Below are positions 39,701 to 44,937 of a stretch of 64,000 nucleotides of DNA, one piece after another. Made by a program: the position numbers and the translations under genes. Each line of letters begins with the position of its first letter. The first letter of the stretch is position 1. The notes under the pieces were generated by a model. It had not been told where the DNA came from, searched no databases, and was given only the letters and a program-made list of their open reading frames with translations. The stretch is taken from NCBI GenBank assembly GCA_021731405.1, contig JAKFXN010000005.1:105892-169891 (forward strand), given 5' to 3'. Source of the DNA: Candidatus Parcubacteria bacterium. Its GTDB lineage: Bacteria; Patescibacteriota; Minisyncoccia; Phycocordibacterales; UBA918.

Positions 39701-42672
39701 TCAGAATGAACAAAACCGCTATCTTGACGACTTTCTACCCAACTAAACGGGTATTCAGTAGTTTGGTTGAGGTTAGTTGAATTGGTAGTCTGTGTTGTGG
39801 TGGCGGCGAATACACCTGCCCCAACACCAATATACTCAAGGTACATAGAAGCTTTGCCAGTAACATTTATAATGTCTGCCACGTTGATGGTGGTAAGTCC
39901 TTCCACATACACTTCAAGCACATCATCAGCAACAATATCTGAGAGTAGAAAATGTGCATTGGTGGAGGATTCAGCATGTCCGTTTTGGTTTGAAATATAA
40001 CCACTTCTACCAAGACTCTCTGGTACAGAAACACCGTTTACACGAACCTCAACACCAACACGTGTACCACGTGCGTTTCCATCTGTCCGTTGATGTGGAA
40101 CAGAGATCGCCAAGAAATAATCTCCTGTTTGTCGCAAAGTTACTTCATGTGAGTCTGTGGTAGTTGAGTGTGTGTAGTAGAAAGTATCAACAGAAGAAGT
40201 ACTCCACTGCATCGGGCTGGCTGTCTGATTAAGGTTAGTGCCAGCTATAGTTCGTGTTCCAGAAAAAGAACCAATTGAAGTTAATGCATCCGAAGCAATT
40301 TGCCACTGCCGAAGCTCTGTAAAGCCATCCATATTGAGCGGCCCAAGCAAAAACATGTACGGGCTTATGTCTGGCGCATCAAACTGATATGACAAAAGTA
40401 GATCATCTCCTTCTTCGAGGACAACATTTCTCCAGATAAGCTCTGTGTACTCTGGCATAGTCAAGACTTCTGCCCCTTCTGAGTTTTCTGTCAGGACAAA
40501 GCCACGCGGAATACGCTCAATAATATCTCCCTCGTAGCTCCGGTTGGCTTTAATTTTTAATGAAACATCATAAGGAGCAGGCGGGTAAATACGAGTTGGC
40601 GCTGTTCGTTCAATATCGTACGGAATAAAGTCACGAACTTCAAAACTATCTTCAATACTATGCACCACTTCCCCTTCACGGTTCAGATGTTTTAGCTGAA
40701 TGGTGTACTCTCCTATTTCGTGGGCATCTTTAAAGTACGCAAGGTAGTCAGGGATATCTGTCACGTTATTTTTGCCGCAAGAACCTGACTGTTCTACGGG
40801 TACTTCGTAGATAGTGTTTGCAGGATCAATAATCTTGAGCTCCAGTCGAGCATCACAAATGGTATCTCCCTTTTCGGTCAATGCTGCAAGATTGAGTGTC
40901 ACATCTTCGTCAGCAAAATACATACTCTTGGTGGTGTTTACGGCCAAGACGCCCCAGTAGAATTCAAACGTATCAGTGTAGAGGGTATCGTTTTCGTTAA
41001 TTACCAGCTCCATCTGGTATCTGCCTGGCACCAGCTTTTGTGGTTGCTTAAGGAACTGCACTGTCCAAGTCATATCTTCATGATAAATAACATCAACAGG
41101 CACGGTCATTACCGTCCCGGCACTATCTGTGATTTTCACACTATCAACAAGATACTGATTTTCACTAAAGATATCGTTGAATGTTCTTCTGAAAAAACCT
41201 TGCTGAGGTGAATAGCTCAACGTGAATGAAGGCAACTCACTCATTGAAGGATCAAGGTCGGGATTGTTTAACTCATGAAACTTTGGCTCCTCAAGTGTCC
41301 GCCCATATTCAATAGCTCCACTCAGATATTCAGGATCTGTTTCTTCATAAAATGTAGCTGAAGTCACTTCAAGCCAGACACTTTCTATATAGGCACGTTC
41401 AAGCTGGCTAATATCTCCTTGATAAGAAACACGTACTTGAAGGTTTGAGAGTTGACTTTGTGCTTGCGGACGCTCAAGCGAGACGAGGAAGTAGCCGCCA
41501 TTAATACTGTTTGATGTTTCGTCTTCAATATCAATAATTGTGGCAGTACGCCAAGGAGTACCTACTTCGTACGTATACTCAACTACAAATCGCTGCAACT
41601 TCTCTCTATCTTCTGTCTTAGTGCGAGCGCCAAGTGAAAGACGGAGCTGTGCGCCAGAAAGAAATGTTCCACTTTCAAACTCTGGCATTGAGAAACCAGA
41701 AAAAATCGAGCTGTAGAGTTTACACTCAGTATCTCCAATACAATCGTCTTCAATGTTTGGAATTATTTCTTCCTCCTCAACTACTTCTTCCTCTGAAATA
41801 TTTTCATCAGCTGCATCAACCTCTTCAGAATTTTCTTCTGCAGCGCCTGAATTTTCTTGTCCAGATTCATCAATCACCTCTTCCTCATTTACCATTACCT
41901 CTTCAGAATTTTCCTCAACCTCCGTTTCGACTGGAGCTATCTCTTCAGGCACAACAGGTTCTTCTTCTACAATAACTTCTGGTTCAGTTTCTGACTCTGG
42001 TTCTGGTTGCACCTCTTCTTCTATAACCTCTTCGGGCACAACTGGCACTGGCTCATCATTAGTATTATTTACATCAGTAGTTATAACTTCCTGTGCAAAA
42101 GGAAATAGTTTTACAGTTGAAGCTTCTTCTGCTGGTTCTGGTTCTTGTTCTACCTCAGGTTCCGGTTGTGTTTCAGGTTTTTCTGTCGCAGACTCTGGTT
42201 CTGGCTCCTCTACAACTTCAGGCTCTGTTTCAACTGGTGACTCTGAAGGTTCCTCCGTTTCATCAGATACAGCCTCTTCTGGATTTGTTTCCGCATTTTC
42301 GCCTGAAGGTTCCTCTGAACCTTCAGTACCTGGAGTGTCGGTTTGCTCTGCCTCTGATTCAGTTACATCAACTGGAGAAGCTTCTGGCTCAGCTAACTCA
42401 ATTTCAGGAACAGTCACTATGCTCACAGCGTCTATGTAGGCTGAGTTCTGCTGATTAAAATCTTGGTACAAAGATTCTTCGGGCACATCATTAATAAGTG
42501 CATTTTCGAGATTACTCCAAACACTTGAAGTGACCGTGTCTGGAATGACAATAAGCTGCTCAGTTGTATAGACGGTTTTATCGATTGTTGCGTACACAAA
42601 AACACCTATAAGCAGGCCAAAAACAGCTATCATTAATAATGATGTCTTTTGGAAAAAAACCTTAATTTGCAT
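21769..42672 (-). CDS. Giant 6967-aa multidomain surface protein. Order along the protein: signal anchor; acidic Glu/Pro stalk; Ig-like domains; FN3-like domains; two ~440-aa beta-propeller-like modules; three DUF2341-like units, two of them followed by LamG/concanavalin-like domains; long parallel beta-helix-like tandem repeats; a C-terminal conserved domain shared with 15543-17405.
   Basis: Single uninterrupted 20.9-kb ORF. N-terminus MQIKVFFQKTSLLMIAVFGLLIGVFVYA. Acidic region about nt 42400-41750. FN3 signature YYWR(T/V)RARD at about 38600, 35020 and 34230. DUF2341-like WYSGSWDRRVKVTIDSGL...NFPVYLNLDD at about 36570 and WYDNSWSGRVPVTIDADS...DFPVYVNLDD at about 30915, each followed by a LamG-like ...GLVDEITLSNVARSATWL. 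Third DUF2341-like at about 24040. Approximately 780-aa tandem units at about 29900-22900. Ends VYWGIAVPFTASNAAHTGTNIFTAIGID. Confidence 0.8.
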   Translation of the reverse strand: MQIKVFFQKTSLLMIAVFGLLIGVFVYATIDKTVYTTEQLIVIPDTVTSSVWSNLENALINDVPEESLYQDFNQQNSAYIDAVSIVTVPEIELAEPEASPVDVTESEAEQTDTPGTEGSEEPSGENAETNPEEAVSDETEEPSESPVETEPEVVEEPEPESATEKPETQPEPEVEQEPEPAEEASTVKLFPFAQEVITTDVNNTNDEPVPVVPEEVIEEEVQPEPESETEPEVIVEEEPVVPEEIAPVETEVEENSEEVMVNEEEVIDESGQENSGAAEENSEEVDAADENISEEEVVEEEEIIPNIEDDCIGDTECKLYSSIFSGFSMPEFESGTFLSGAQLRLSLGARTKTEDREKLQRFVVEYTYEVGTPWRTATIIDIEDETSNSINGGYFLVSLERPQAQSQLSNLQVRVSYQGDISQLERAYIESVWLEVTSATFYEETDPEYLSGAIEYGRTLEEPKFHELNNPDLDPSMSELPSFTLSYSPQQGFFRRTFNDIFSENQYLVDSVKITDSAGTVMTVPVDVIYHEDMTWTVQFLKQPQKLVPGRYQMELVINENDTLYTDTFEFYWGVLAVNTTKSMYFADEDVTLNLAALTEKGDTICDARLELKIIDPANTIYEVPVEQSGSCGKNNVTDIPDYLAYFKDAHEIGEYTIQLKHLNREGEVVHSIEDSFEVRDFIPYDIERTAPTRIYPPAPYDVSLKIKANRSYEGDIIERIPRGFVLTENSEGAEVLTMPEYTELIWRNVVLEEGDDLLLSYQFDAPDISPYMFLLGPLNMDGFTELRQWQIASDALTSIGSFSGTRTIAGTNLNQTASPMQWSTSSVDTFYYTHSTTTDSHEVTLRQTGDYFLAISVPHQRTDGNARGTRVGVEVRVNGVSVPESLGRSGYISNQNGHAESSTNAHFLLSDIVADDVLEVYVEGLTTINVADIINVTGKASMYLEYIGVGAGVFAATTTQTTNSTNLNQTTEYPFSWVESRQDSGFVHSDSVNPEQIIISNPGTYFVQVNIPITSSANNTNITGQVRLDGALVSGGQFKQGYTQAPGTESDSEGSIHWSGIVVATTTNQVLTLTALREGNAGTVTVTSGFFGSVLVREMPSTEFIALRGTAVVGGTNWNPAAAAAIQWTSRDAYDSSLFTHSTSSNSHQITIGSDGDYLLSYNDALTGGVTRANSRVTVLKNGTGISGAQTKSHFIRNQNAHSESSSALVMVVEDLLIGDVITVTVQQEGAAGTLNDSTDGQLLMWKKAEIDFRPDAPTTYNLPFDNIRFASTTPFFDFQANDPDGTSNIEYEFSISTSTGFAASTTFNSSVDSEFFNTSSSTDLSPFVENNIIRLQLSSGDALTDLTTYYWRTRARDVTGSGEYGDWSTTQSLTVDMAASAPSWFQSYSGQFEGDSLVGTVSSGADRVQVDATESSEVLIAYGEGSVTTPRYRLWNGANWGLEGSAQAVSGTINWVRTSAAVSRDEYAMVTLDSANDAYAQIYSASTSSWGNLTLLSSVVTSAAYRGVAVGYESLSGDAIAVSCSNGPNPVYRVWNGTTWSATSSITVSSANNCNFLEIASDPASDELILVVRDTGTQYEALVWDGSAWIESRVIGSSALVAREGMSVVYESSGDQAIITVSDNANPAIFYTTWNGTEFSANATQAIGDDFEFGRLTADPSSDKIALCYIDTDNDVGVLRWDGGVWSTFVELDIDGNIDTARPIECAFEIAPGRSDYLMAPYSDTGNVRYRSATSSAYSTEATIGTMQDSFWVQTARAGDGTIIIAALDDVTDDLNASAWNGSSWSTEELLETSPSSVIATPYEMYDIVSKKFEFSEGVVETPPIDFTAVPNQPTWGDVSFSTTEPFGTDVKVRIKYSNVGTCDAYISDGALSGNGAGFDVTNSPIDLTGLSTTTYDQICLEATLTTLGSESASLEEWTLAWVREPKLSQNNYRWYVNGSFLTPTDVWPVGATDLAENAPLTSVMAINADDVIRLRMSLMGENVELPAFSEAFKLQYAEGLTCSNSLVWSDVGDTSSTTALWRGFENPAVGDGWYSGSWDRRVKVTIDSGLVTGDQTNFPVYLNLDDFPDAFFSNVQVDGDDIRITESDGETELPYELVAIDTSAKTGELHFKANVSSTTDSEFFVYYGNSGASGYSVSATYGRNNVWTNGFLAVFHLDQSPTASAPQFIDSTGNNAGTAVNLEVGDRLAGVVGRAIDHDGVDEHITTNMNQNMLTSTWSIWLNADGAQGAYDGLLMSRGTLTNGMNVDSAGTRLGYHWRDAVNTYSWVGGPLYPTNQWFMASLVVQPTTATMYAHTGSGVASGTNAVTHATATIDALTIGRDPFGAARSFNGLVDEITLSNVARSATWLATTYNNKSNPTGFYGVSSEELISDGRLLPTTLLSSSDNPETYETENPTRENQNDLPVGEESEWDFVIQDNNAESNTNYCFRMVYEDGSLFNTYSNYPRLITNAPPVAPELYAPFDNERLASTTPWFEFAATDEVGDLIAYQIQVDTDVNFGTPDISTDSVSNFAAFTNLLQPTQKSEFTSGQRIRFESATALSNGNTYWWRVRGQDVSGSGEYGDWSTPYSVTINTSNTITTWFQTTGSQFATNNFVDLVTSTSSNDVGIESGFTAGTTTSSVIDYDDRTSGNAWGDFSFTHNVSSGAIRYYIEYLVAGDTYALVPDVALAGNSSGFTSSPVSLADLNTTTYNELRIVAGFTGNATLPRLLDWTVEWSETIEIPSQVQPFDNAKVATTTPALTFFSTDPENDSIEYEVQLSSSYAFTSSSTFNSGADAGFSNTITGGDTTPFNSGETIRYTLQSALTNGNTYWWRVRARDPGGANNWSEYSDPYSFTVDTAITVSMWHQTTGEQFETGVLDSIETDAGSAQITSIVNEVLMAYGEGTGQAPRYRLWNGTSWSAAGTAASVGAQIRWTELKASPTRAEYALGTVGTDNDMNVQIYDANSDSWGDVYELEDAIPDTLQRGFDLSYETTSGDLLAVSCNGVDATYAIWNGTTWSATTTINLANANNCLYIELASDPISDEIVAVFKHTNTSAVDYQILVWSGSAWGNSLALGDMAENANAGAAVVYEESGNQAIVALTNNAATTLLYALWNGSAWSTSTTPLGDHIEWASLKRDEGSDAVSLCYVDNDTNVGVIQWSGSAWGAFTEIEQIANGKAGQPVDCTYETTAGRDGYLIVPYSDATAGRYQFYATSSFNGELSLTTMQDSWRVSSLRAGDGLIHTVFFDDTNDRYDVSQWDGSTWTVLQTISTTPSITGTPFDGSYTMAARTYPNFTAGSIRSTTIDFNDGAGPRWEEVTFTDVTPGASYIEYHIYYATSSGYELIPDSALPGNSAGFTASPIDISAVDRTIYEILSLDAEFVCVSGSCPTLNDWTVEWSEGITVSGTAYDYNASTTLSSGTVGVAVNGVVQAGKTATVLGDGTWAINNVTAFEDDVVTTFMDGAVDAEESVAVTIYNGIGDVTNMQLARRHLSLGSSDSPTLTNAFLGQFDNTDDEDIFFSIDGSSVLTLCVESGCTDAKLRVLAGTTYTPSANTSLINFENYGTFSPATSTVRVRGSWTQNGTFNIGQSTVIFTATTSSSTLSASSSLGFYNLTFGETSGTATWNSSKNLDIDGALAVNFGTLARSTTSIAVAGNLSLAAGGSMSGLGTTTFDGSGSNTWSDAKATTSSSNIGYVVIDGTTKTITLAGNVGAESVTIGTDDTLNASGSGYNINVYRSWVNNNAFIPQSGTVTFVGTTTGSINRGSSSFNNLSFTGAGGNWSFSTSTLALTGNLSIATGTVTLPTGTTTIAGSFSNTGGTFLHNNGEVRMTSTAGGRTITQSGTAFLNAFYDLVFSGSGAWSFSEANASTTRNFRIQSGTVTFPAGQLTIGGDFLTTGSGAFAHNNGEVILLVSDADEVRTNGSSFNNLRVMGAAGSWYDNSWSGRVPVTIDADSVEENLTDFPVYVNLDDLPDAFFAALQADGDDIRVTTGDGFTEVPFELVTIDTVAKTGEIHFRAALDSTTDTTFYVYHGNPSATAYATTATYGRNNVWSNGYVAVYHMDQDPSLGAPQYIDSTGSTTGTAFNMETGDQQAAQVGRGADLDGTNEYIGTNMNRTLATSTWSLWMRTDGNQGAYDGVLFSRGGQTSGINIDNTANRIGYHWNDAAATYNWNGGPVYPRNTWFMASLVVLPNQATAYVHATSGITSGVNVTTHGNSLINALNFGQDSAGGRFYNGLLDEVRISNTARTQGWLTTSFNNMASTTQFYAVSASEAQFTRTFADTNATVLGNLILDTGGDSTFNTGTLSVGGSFTNNAQFNANNGTVRFNSTAGSETIDAGDSSFATVTFDSVTGDFTITENATATVAVNLTNVSQFTLSSGRVLATQGTFTNAVSGTNTTWTGSTLRLLSATTTNMNAKTHGGDVYGTLEAASSTLAKMWNSSATSYVTSGAAGAIYSQDHAAVDGDLYIFGNYIRSTGTEYWSYGTDFDGTALIASTSRQVDVRIATSSQIGLTNASLNLVGIASASTTIDALSGTFSLNATNTTVTAEHFRVAGTNAEGFGLKASSTLSVFRDGLFTVAPSRTGITVDASTIDTNPTVQYYRVGFATTSPGAASNITLQGSPSSFIWFREGTGGLYGEAFDNNDSNPGSIRFDDSSNTVTISGVVYADAGLTTLGGPTCDGSTQNVRVVVDGGTYASSTSCNGTTGAYSFPAVAYTGDPKVVVYLDTNGGVQGSVITKTPTGNITNMHIYANRVITRHQDVSPLTIADLQSYDFDNDTDLRFVAATGTLTVLANTELFVFASSTFAPGGNVTLTGNGNANSYEGTLQIGANATFTASGTQTHTLAGRFVMATTSTFTSASSTFIFNATTTGKSITSPNLVTFNQLQFAGTGGGWNITAPISVVADMNIASGTVTGTNNITIQNGSLYGNGILSLGSGTTTINRTNTLGGTSAWTFSNLILGNGSVVGTTTPASAATTTVSGTLTIANAHFLDAGNAVFDLSGTGNVLVRTGTFLEDTSTLRFSGATANVPSINYYNLVLNAGAGSATYTGTGSGILVYNDLIIGGSATSTFTANTSDPVVEVRGDVVIQNNGTLQASNSANLTILGDYTNLGTFVGNSGTVRFTGSTTSLINAGSSSFSNVVIDGTGTFSLNSHATATNAFTLTNHSAFNVNNGQTLSVGGQFTNTLGGAATNWGTSTLLLTGSGTYSINASTTNDVYNNLAIAAGTQIRMWNSSASSYAVNATGSLYSQDHAGVNGDAYIWGQLVRTTGNDYWSYSTDFDGTNLTGGSERQAEIYFASGASALWAGGSIVAVGTPSATTTIQNQGSGTYGITFGTGSTVQFDTVQVRDTNSNGVVFAGAPTVTDFSRTDHLVGINSGSAITVGGTVINANEAKNFTNNKFEAGGGVTGAKNVTATGTTISSWRFTNHLGNISGEAFDDDPAGDPGYVVWDDSAALITVAGNVYSDEGVTVSTVCDGSTNNIRLVVAGLTTYNTSCNAGTGAYSISGVAFSPLDTLTLFINGETPKATTVSVAPISSISNMHLYHNRVVVRHENTDPITIANMAVWDSSFDSDINFTATTTGTDTLTLPADTKLLIWTGKTFEPNGNVTLAGAGAGAAYDGTLEAQTNARFRAKTTEAHSIGGSVIFGTGAEFVGASSTLTLTTTGASRTFDVNSAALHNLTVSGSGSYVVTDATLTLGGSYTQSNGAVTFGSGTTTIGASFNVTSGSFTNGGSPFVFTSTSGGNTVRFNNSVVSSLRFTNSGSFTMSDTNATSTGSVLITGSTVTLPSGNFAIGGSFEKRSGTVTHNTSDLIMTATSTAVLTASSSDLYAVRFVGPAAFTITDANITFLDSFTIASGSVALGASTTAVGGSFVATGGTFASASGTVLLNSASAGLTVNPGTSPFYNLQFGAPSGGYTLFSATTTNNLTIASANILTVNPTAVITVGGVFTNSVGGAGTTWTNTTLRLISQSGYSINTRSNSGDVYGTISIDANTDIRSWYSSAATTTVALSGSLYSQDHANTNGALYVYGDLQIATTTEYWNYSNDFDGTVLSGSNQRKVTVSFAPNATTTVTTGSLQIVGTSGSSTIMQNQGSGTYNFAVTGGTLNANYYEFGDMNVFGLQLSGLSTIDELSNGYFDIAVASGSAVTLSSTTLNANPSKTFDAVGFNATGPLTGYNINLTGETANAWRFTNNYGNIGGEGFDIDGIDACGSIRFDNSSCLLTEQTHVRWRNDDGGEGAPSTEWFNSSFDYRTRVRVLNNDNQAYASTAVKVIVPYDSSMQSDFEDIRFTSDNGQTQIPFWIERYTASTDAQIWVRVPTLPASDYATVFMYYGSSTAVSQSSGTSTMNAFDDYEDASISEYSGDTSLFTTVTTPVYGGARSLAPSNPSGKTTDGIFRFDDPVTQGEIIRYMQYVNTSGGSGDEPCTLFGVQSPGTTNQNYGVCLEQFGVDRISLARDVDNNDTSGVVLATTTVTYTTGWYEVEIDWQTSDLMEVSLFNSAGTLIATTSATDANYTSGGFGYAFWFQNGAWDSFTSRARIATTPTVFLGAKQTDGGASWASSLDGITTAIPGDIVRLRLAVENSGLDVTAQQYRLEFAAKGAAPTCESVNSASYATVPNQASCGSSPVCMQASTFVTNGDPATDLLTGTEGTFSEGSIVESPSSQTAATDLDQDFYTELEYVLTPTSNASDDYCFRVTNDGTPLDFYAKIAELGLQFDPTFGAVTLNGGGDINLTPGTTTPVTVSGIVTDFNGASDIIHATATIYRSGAGPTCTPDNNNCYVATTENGQCTLTNCVGNSCDLSCEVDIFFHADATDEEPYLGQTWEAYAEAEDSSEGYDFASAIGVELITLRAMAVDSVINYGALSGDSDTGSFNPTTTITNLGNTPINVDVEGTDLTDGESSAIPADQQKVATSTFTYNACVTCQQLSSSSAVVLGLNLSKPSVVTPPVETDVYWGIAVPFTASNAAHTGTNIFTAIGID

Positions 42673-42720
42673 TACATAACAACCGCCGTGTCCTTGGGAG
42701 ACACAAAGAGGTTCTTTTAA

Positions 42721-42755
42721 TTATACCGCGTACCCACTCAAGGGTACGCGGTATA
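42721..42755. promoter_or_regulatory. Perfect 15-bp inverted repeat (hairpin) in the 113-nt spacer between the scaffoldin-like gene end and the giant gene start.
   Basis: TTATACCGCGTACCC-ACTCAA-GGGTACGCGGTATAA. No strong U-run, so it may be a terminator, an attenuator or a protein-binding palindrome. Confidence 0.5.
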
Positions 42756-42785
42756 ACGTCTGTATGTGGGGATTGAAGTAGTATT

Positions 42786-44360
42786 TTACTTCAGAATTGC
42801 CTTTACATCATTGATTTCCTTTTCAATCAAGGTCTCTGAAACTTCGAGTGCTTGATTGAGTCCTTCCACTGCTTCTCGCTCACTTTTTGACAATCGCTTT
42901 CGTTTAGTAATCATGTTTACTTGGTCATAGATTTCATCTCGCAGTGCTGAGAAAATTTTCTCCATTTGATCTTGAACCTCACGTGTTTCTCGACGCAACT
43001 TCTCTTCTTTTATCTTAAGTTGTTTTCTTTCATACCAGATAAATATTGCCATCAAAAGGATAATAACAAAGAGGAAGAAGATGAGTAGGTTGCCGGGAGT
43101 CAAGAACGACCAGAAAGATTCTTCTTCAAGCACCTCAGCTGGTTTTATCCAGCCAGCCGTGATGAGTACCGCCTTGTTACTCTCTCGAATATTTCCAGCC
43201 TTGTCATGTGCAACTACTTTTACCGTGTAGGTGCCATCTTCAAGTTCACCAAGCAAATATCCGAGCAGTGCTTCATCTGGAGTTACTCTAAATGGCTCCT
43301 TGTCTGCAATCGTAAGCTCATAGAAGTCTATGCCTGAAATTTTATCTATCGCTTCAAATACAAGGAGTGGGAATGACGACGGTGTACTGCCAGTTCGTAC
43401 GCCAATTTCAAATGGTTCTGGAGGAATGGTATCAATCTGAAGTTTTCGATTGAGCGTTACTCCCCAACCAACTTGGTTCTTAAATCTAATACTAAGATAC
43501 TGTACTCCATCGACAATGATGTCTTTTGTGATTCTGAATTCATCTACTGGCGGTTCGAGTACTGAATCGGGATTGAGACTCGGATCGTTTTCACTTGAAG
43601 TTGCCATTTCTATTGCAACTGCATTTACGTCAAATGGTAGTGTCCAAGTAAATAGTCCTTCAGTAGTGTTGTACCACACTTCAGGGTCAAGGAAGGCTGG
43701 TGAGCCAACTTCTGGAGCACGTGGCGGATCTCCGAAAATAAGCGCTTCTTCACTATCATCTTCTTCATCGGGCTCTGGCGTATTTGGGGTAGGTGTTGGT
43801 GTCGGAGTTGGGGTAGGTGTTGGTGTCGGAGTCACAGCAGCTCCAATGGTAAAGTTGCTTGGGGAGGAAGTCTGATATACGTCGGTGCCGCGACCGTCTG
43901 CCGCTAGTACTGAAGCAGCACTAAAGCTAACAGCGGCTGTTCCTGCTTTTAATGTTCGAAACGTTACATTGATAAGGTTCGAGGTTGCAGAAAATGGGGC
44001 TGGGCTACCACCTCCGAAGCTTACGGTACCGGCTGTATTAGAAAAGGTTGGCTCTACAGTCCAAAGTGAGAAGGCGGAACCATCTTTTGTGATACTCACA
44101 ACTGAGAGAAGTGTTGGGTCAAACTTGAGAGTAGCCTCAACTGCATTAATGTTTTGACCGGCAGGTAGCACGCGTACCGCAGCGGTAAATGTCTGCCCTC
44201 CAGTATAAGAGCCCGTGCTTGGGTTCAATTGCAAAGTGGCAGCACTCGCAGTAAGTGCGCTCAAGAAAAATAGTACACTTACCGCAAGCAGACACAGAAG
44301 CTTTACAGCCACTTGTTCAACTTTATTATGTAAATGAATGTGTAACATACGTGATTTCAA
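42786..44360 (-). CDS. Anchoring-scaffoldin-like protein: signal, cohesin-like domain, (TP)n linker, Ig-like domains, a C-terminal TM and a coiled-coil cytoplasmic tail. Paralog of 8762-10489.
   Basis: ATLQLNPSTGSYTGGQTFTAAVRVLPAGQNINAVEATLKFDPTLLSVVSITKDGSAFSLWTVEPTFSNTAGTVSFGGGSP then TPTPTPTPTPTPTPNTPEP. TM LIFFLFVIILLMAIFIWY. Tail ...KRKRLSKSEREAVEGLNQALEVSETLIEKEINDVKAILK is conserved with the tail of 8762-10489. Confidence 0.65.
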   Translation of the reverse strand: MKSRMLHIHLHNKVEQVAVKLLCLLAVSVLFFLSALTASAATLQLNPSTGSYTGGQTFTAAVRVLPAGQNINAVEATLKFDPTLLSVVSITKDGSAFSLWTVEPTFSNTAGTVSFGGGSPAPFSATSNLINVTFRTLKAGTAAVSFSAASVLAADGRGTDVYQTSSPSNFTIGAAVTPTPTPTPTPTPTPTPNTPEPDEEDDSEEALIFGDPPRAPEVGSPAFLDPEVWYNTTEGLFTWTLPFDVNAVAIEMATSSENDPSLNPDSVLEPPVDEFRITKDIIVDGVQYLSIRFKNQVGWGVTLNRKLQIDTIPPEPFEIGVRTGSTPSSFPLLVFEAIDKISGIDFYELTIADKEPFRVTPDEALLGYLLGELEDGTYTVKVVAHDKAGNIRESNKAVLITAGWIKPAEVLEEESFWSFLTPGNLLIFFLFVIILLMAIFIWYERKQLKIKEEKLRRETREVQDQMEKIFSALRDEIYDQVNMITKRKRLSKSEREAVEGLNQALEVSETLIEKEINDVKAILK

Positions 44361-44373
44361 GGTACTAATTAAC

Positions 44374-44838
44374 TTATGCTTGGGTCTTACGTTCTTGTTT
44401 TACTCGTAAGCGCACTCGTTCTTTTTCTGAGGATTTCAGAAGAGGCAAAATGAGTATCAAAACTCCGTTTTTAATTTTCGCTTCTGCTTTTTCTATCTCA
44501 ACACTCTCGGGCAAAATAATGCGACGATAAAAATCTCCCCAAACACACTCCGAAGCGAAGTACGCTCCCTGCTCAGTGCGTTTAGGAAACACGATGTACT
44601 CAGGTCTAATTCTTCTTCCTTCAATGAGCACAATGTCAGCATCACCCTCGATAGAAACGTTGACGTCATTCATATCCGCTCCAGCTGACTGTGCGTAGAT
44701 GACAATTTTATTTTCAGTTTGAAAAACATCAACGTCAAGTTGAGCTACTTTGTCTACCGCGGTTTCTTCGGACTCAGACTGCAAAGAAGACTGCCCAGAA
44801 CGAACACCTCTATTTTTTAGTCTCTGTAGAAAGGACAT
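44374..44838 (-). CDS. Small heat-shock protein of the Hsp20/alpha-crystallin family.
   Basis: 154 aa with an alpha-crystallin-domain-like core (...VNVSIEGDADIVLIEGRR...) and a C-terminal IKNGVLILILP. A TATAAT-like box sits just upstream of the ATG on the minus strand. Confidence 0.8.
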   Translation of the reverse strand: MSFLQRLKNRGVRSGQSSLQSESEETAVDKVAQLDVDVFQTENKIVIYAQSAGADMNDVNVSIEGDADIVLIEGRRIRPEYIVFPKRTEQGAYFASECVWGDFYRRIILPESVEIEKAEAKIKNGVLILILPLLKSSEKERVRLRVKQERKTQA

Positions 44839-44937
44839 ACACTAGTATTATAGTATTTTTTATTATCTATTTGTGATGTTACCCACACAAGTAGAAATAA
44901 GAAGAAGCAAAGCTTCTACTATATTTTACTTGTGCAG

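Noticed and set aside
41753-42439. 228-aa plus-strand ORF rich in Ser/Thr/Gly
   Set aside because: Antisense shadow of the GAA/GAG-rich acidic stalk of the giant gene. There is no start context and it is nested inside the 20.9-kb minus ORF.
44839-44935. TTGTG-N10-CACAA inverted repeat upstream of hsp20 as a CIRCE or HAIR heat-shock operator
   Set aside because: It does not match the CIRCE (TTAGCACTC-N9-GAGTGCTAA) or HAIR consensus. It is too short and degenerate to call.
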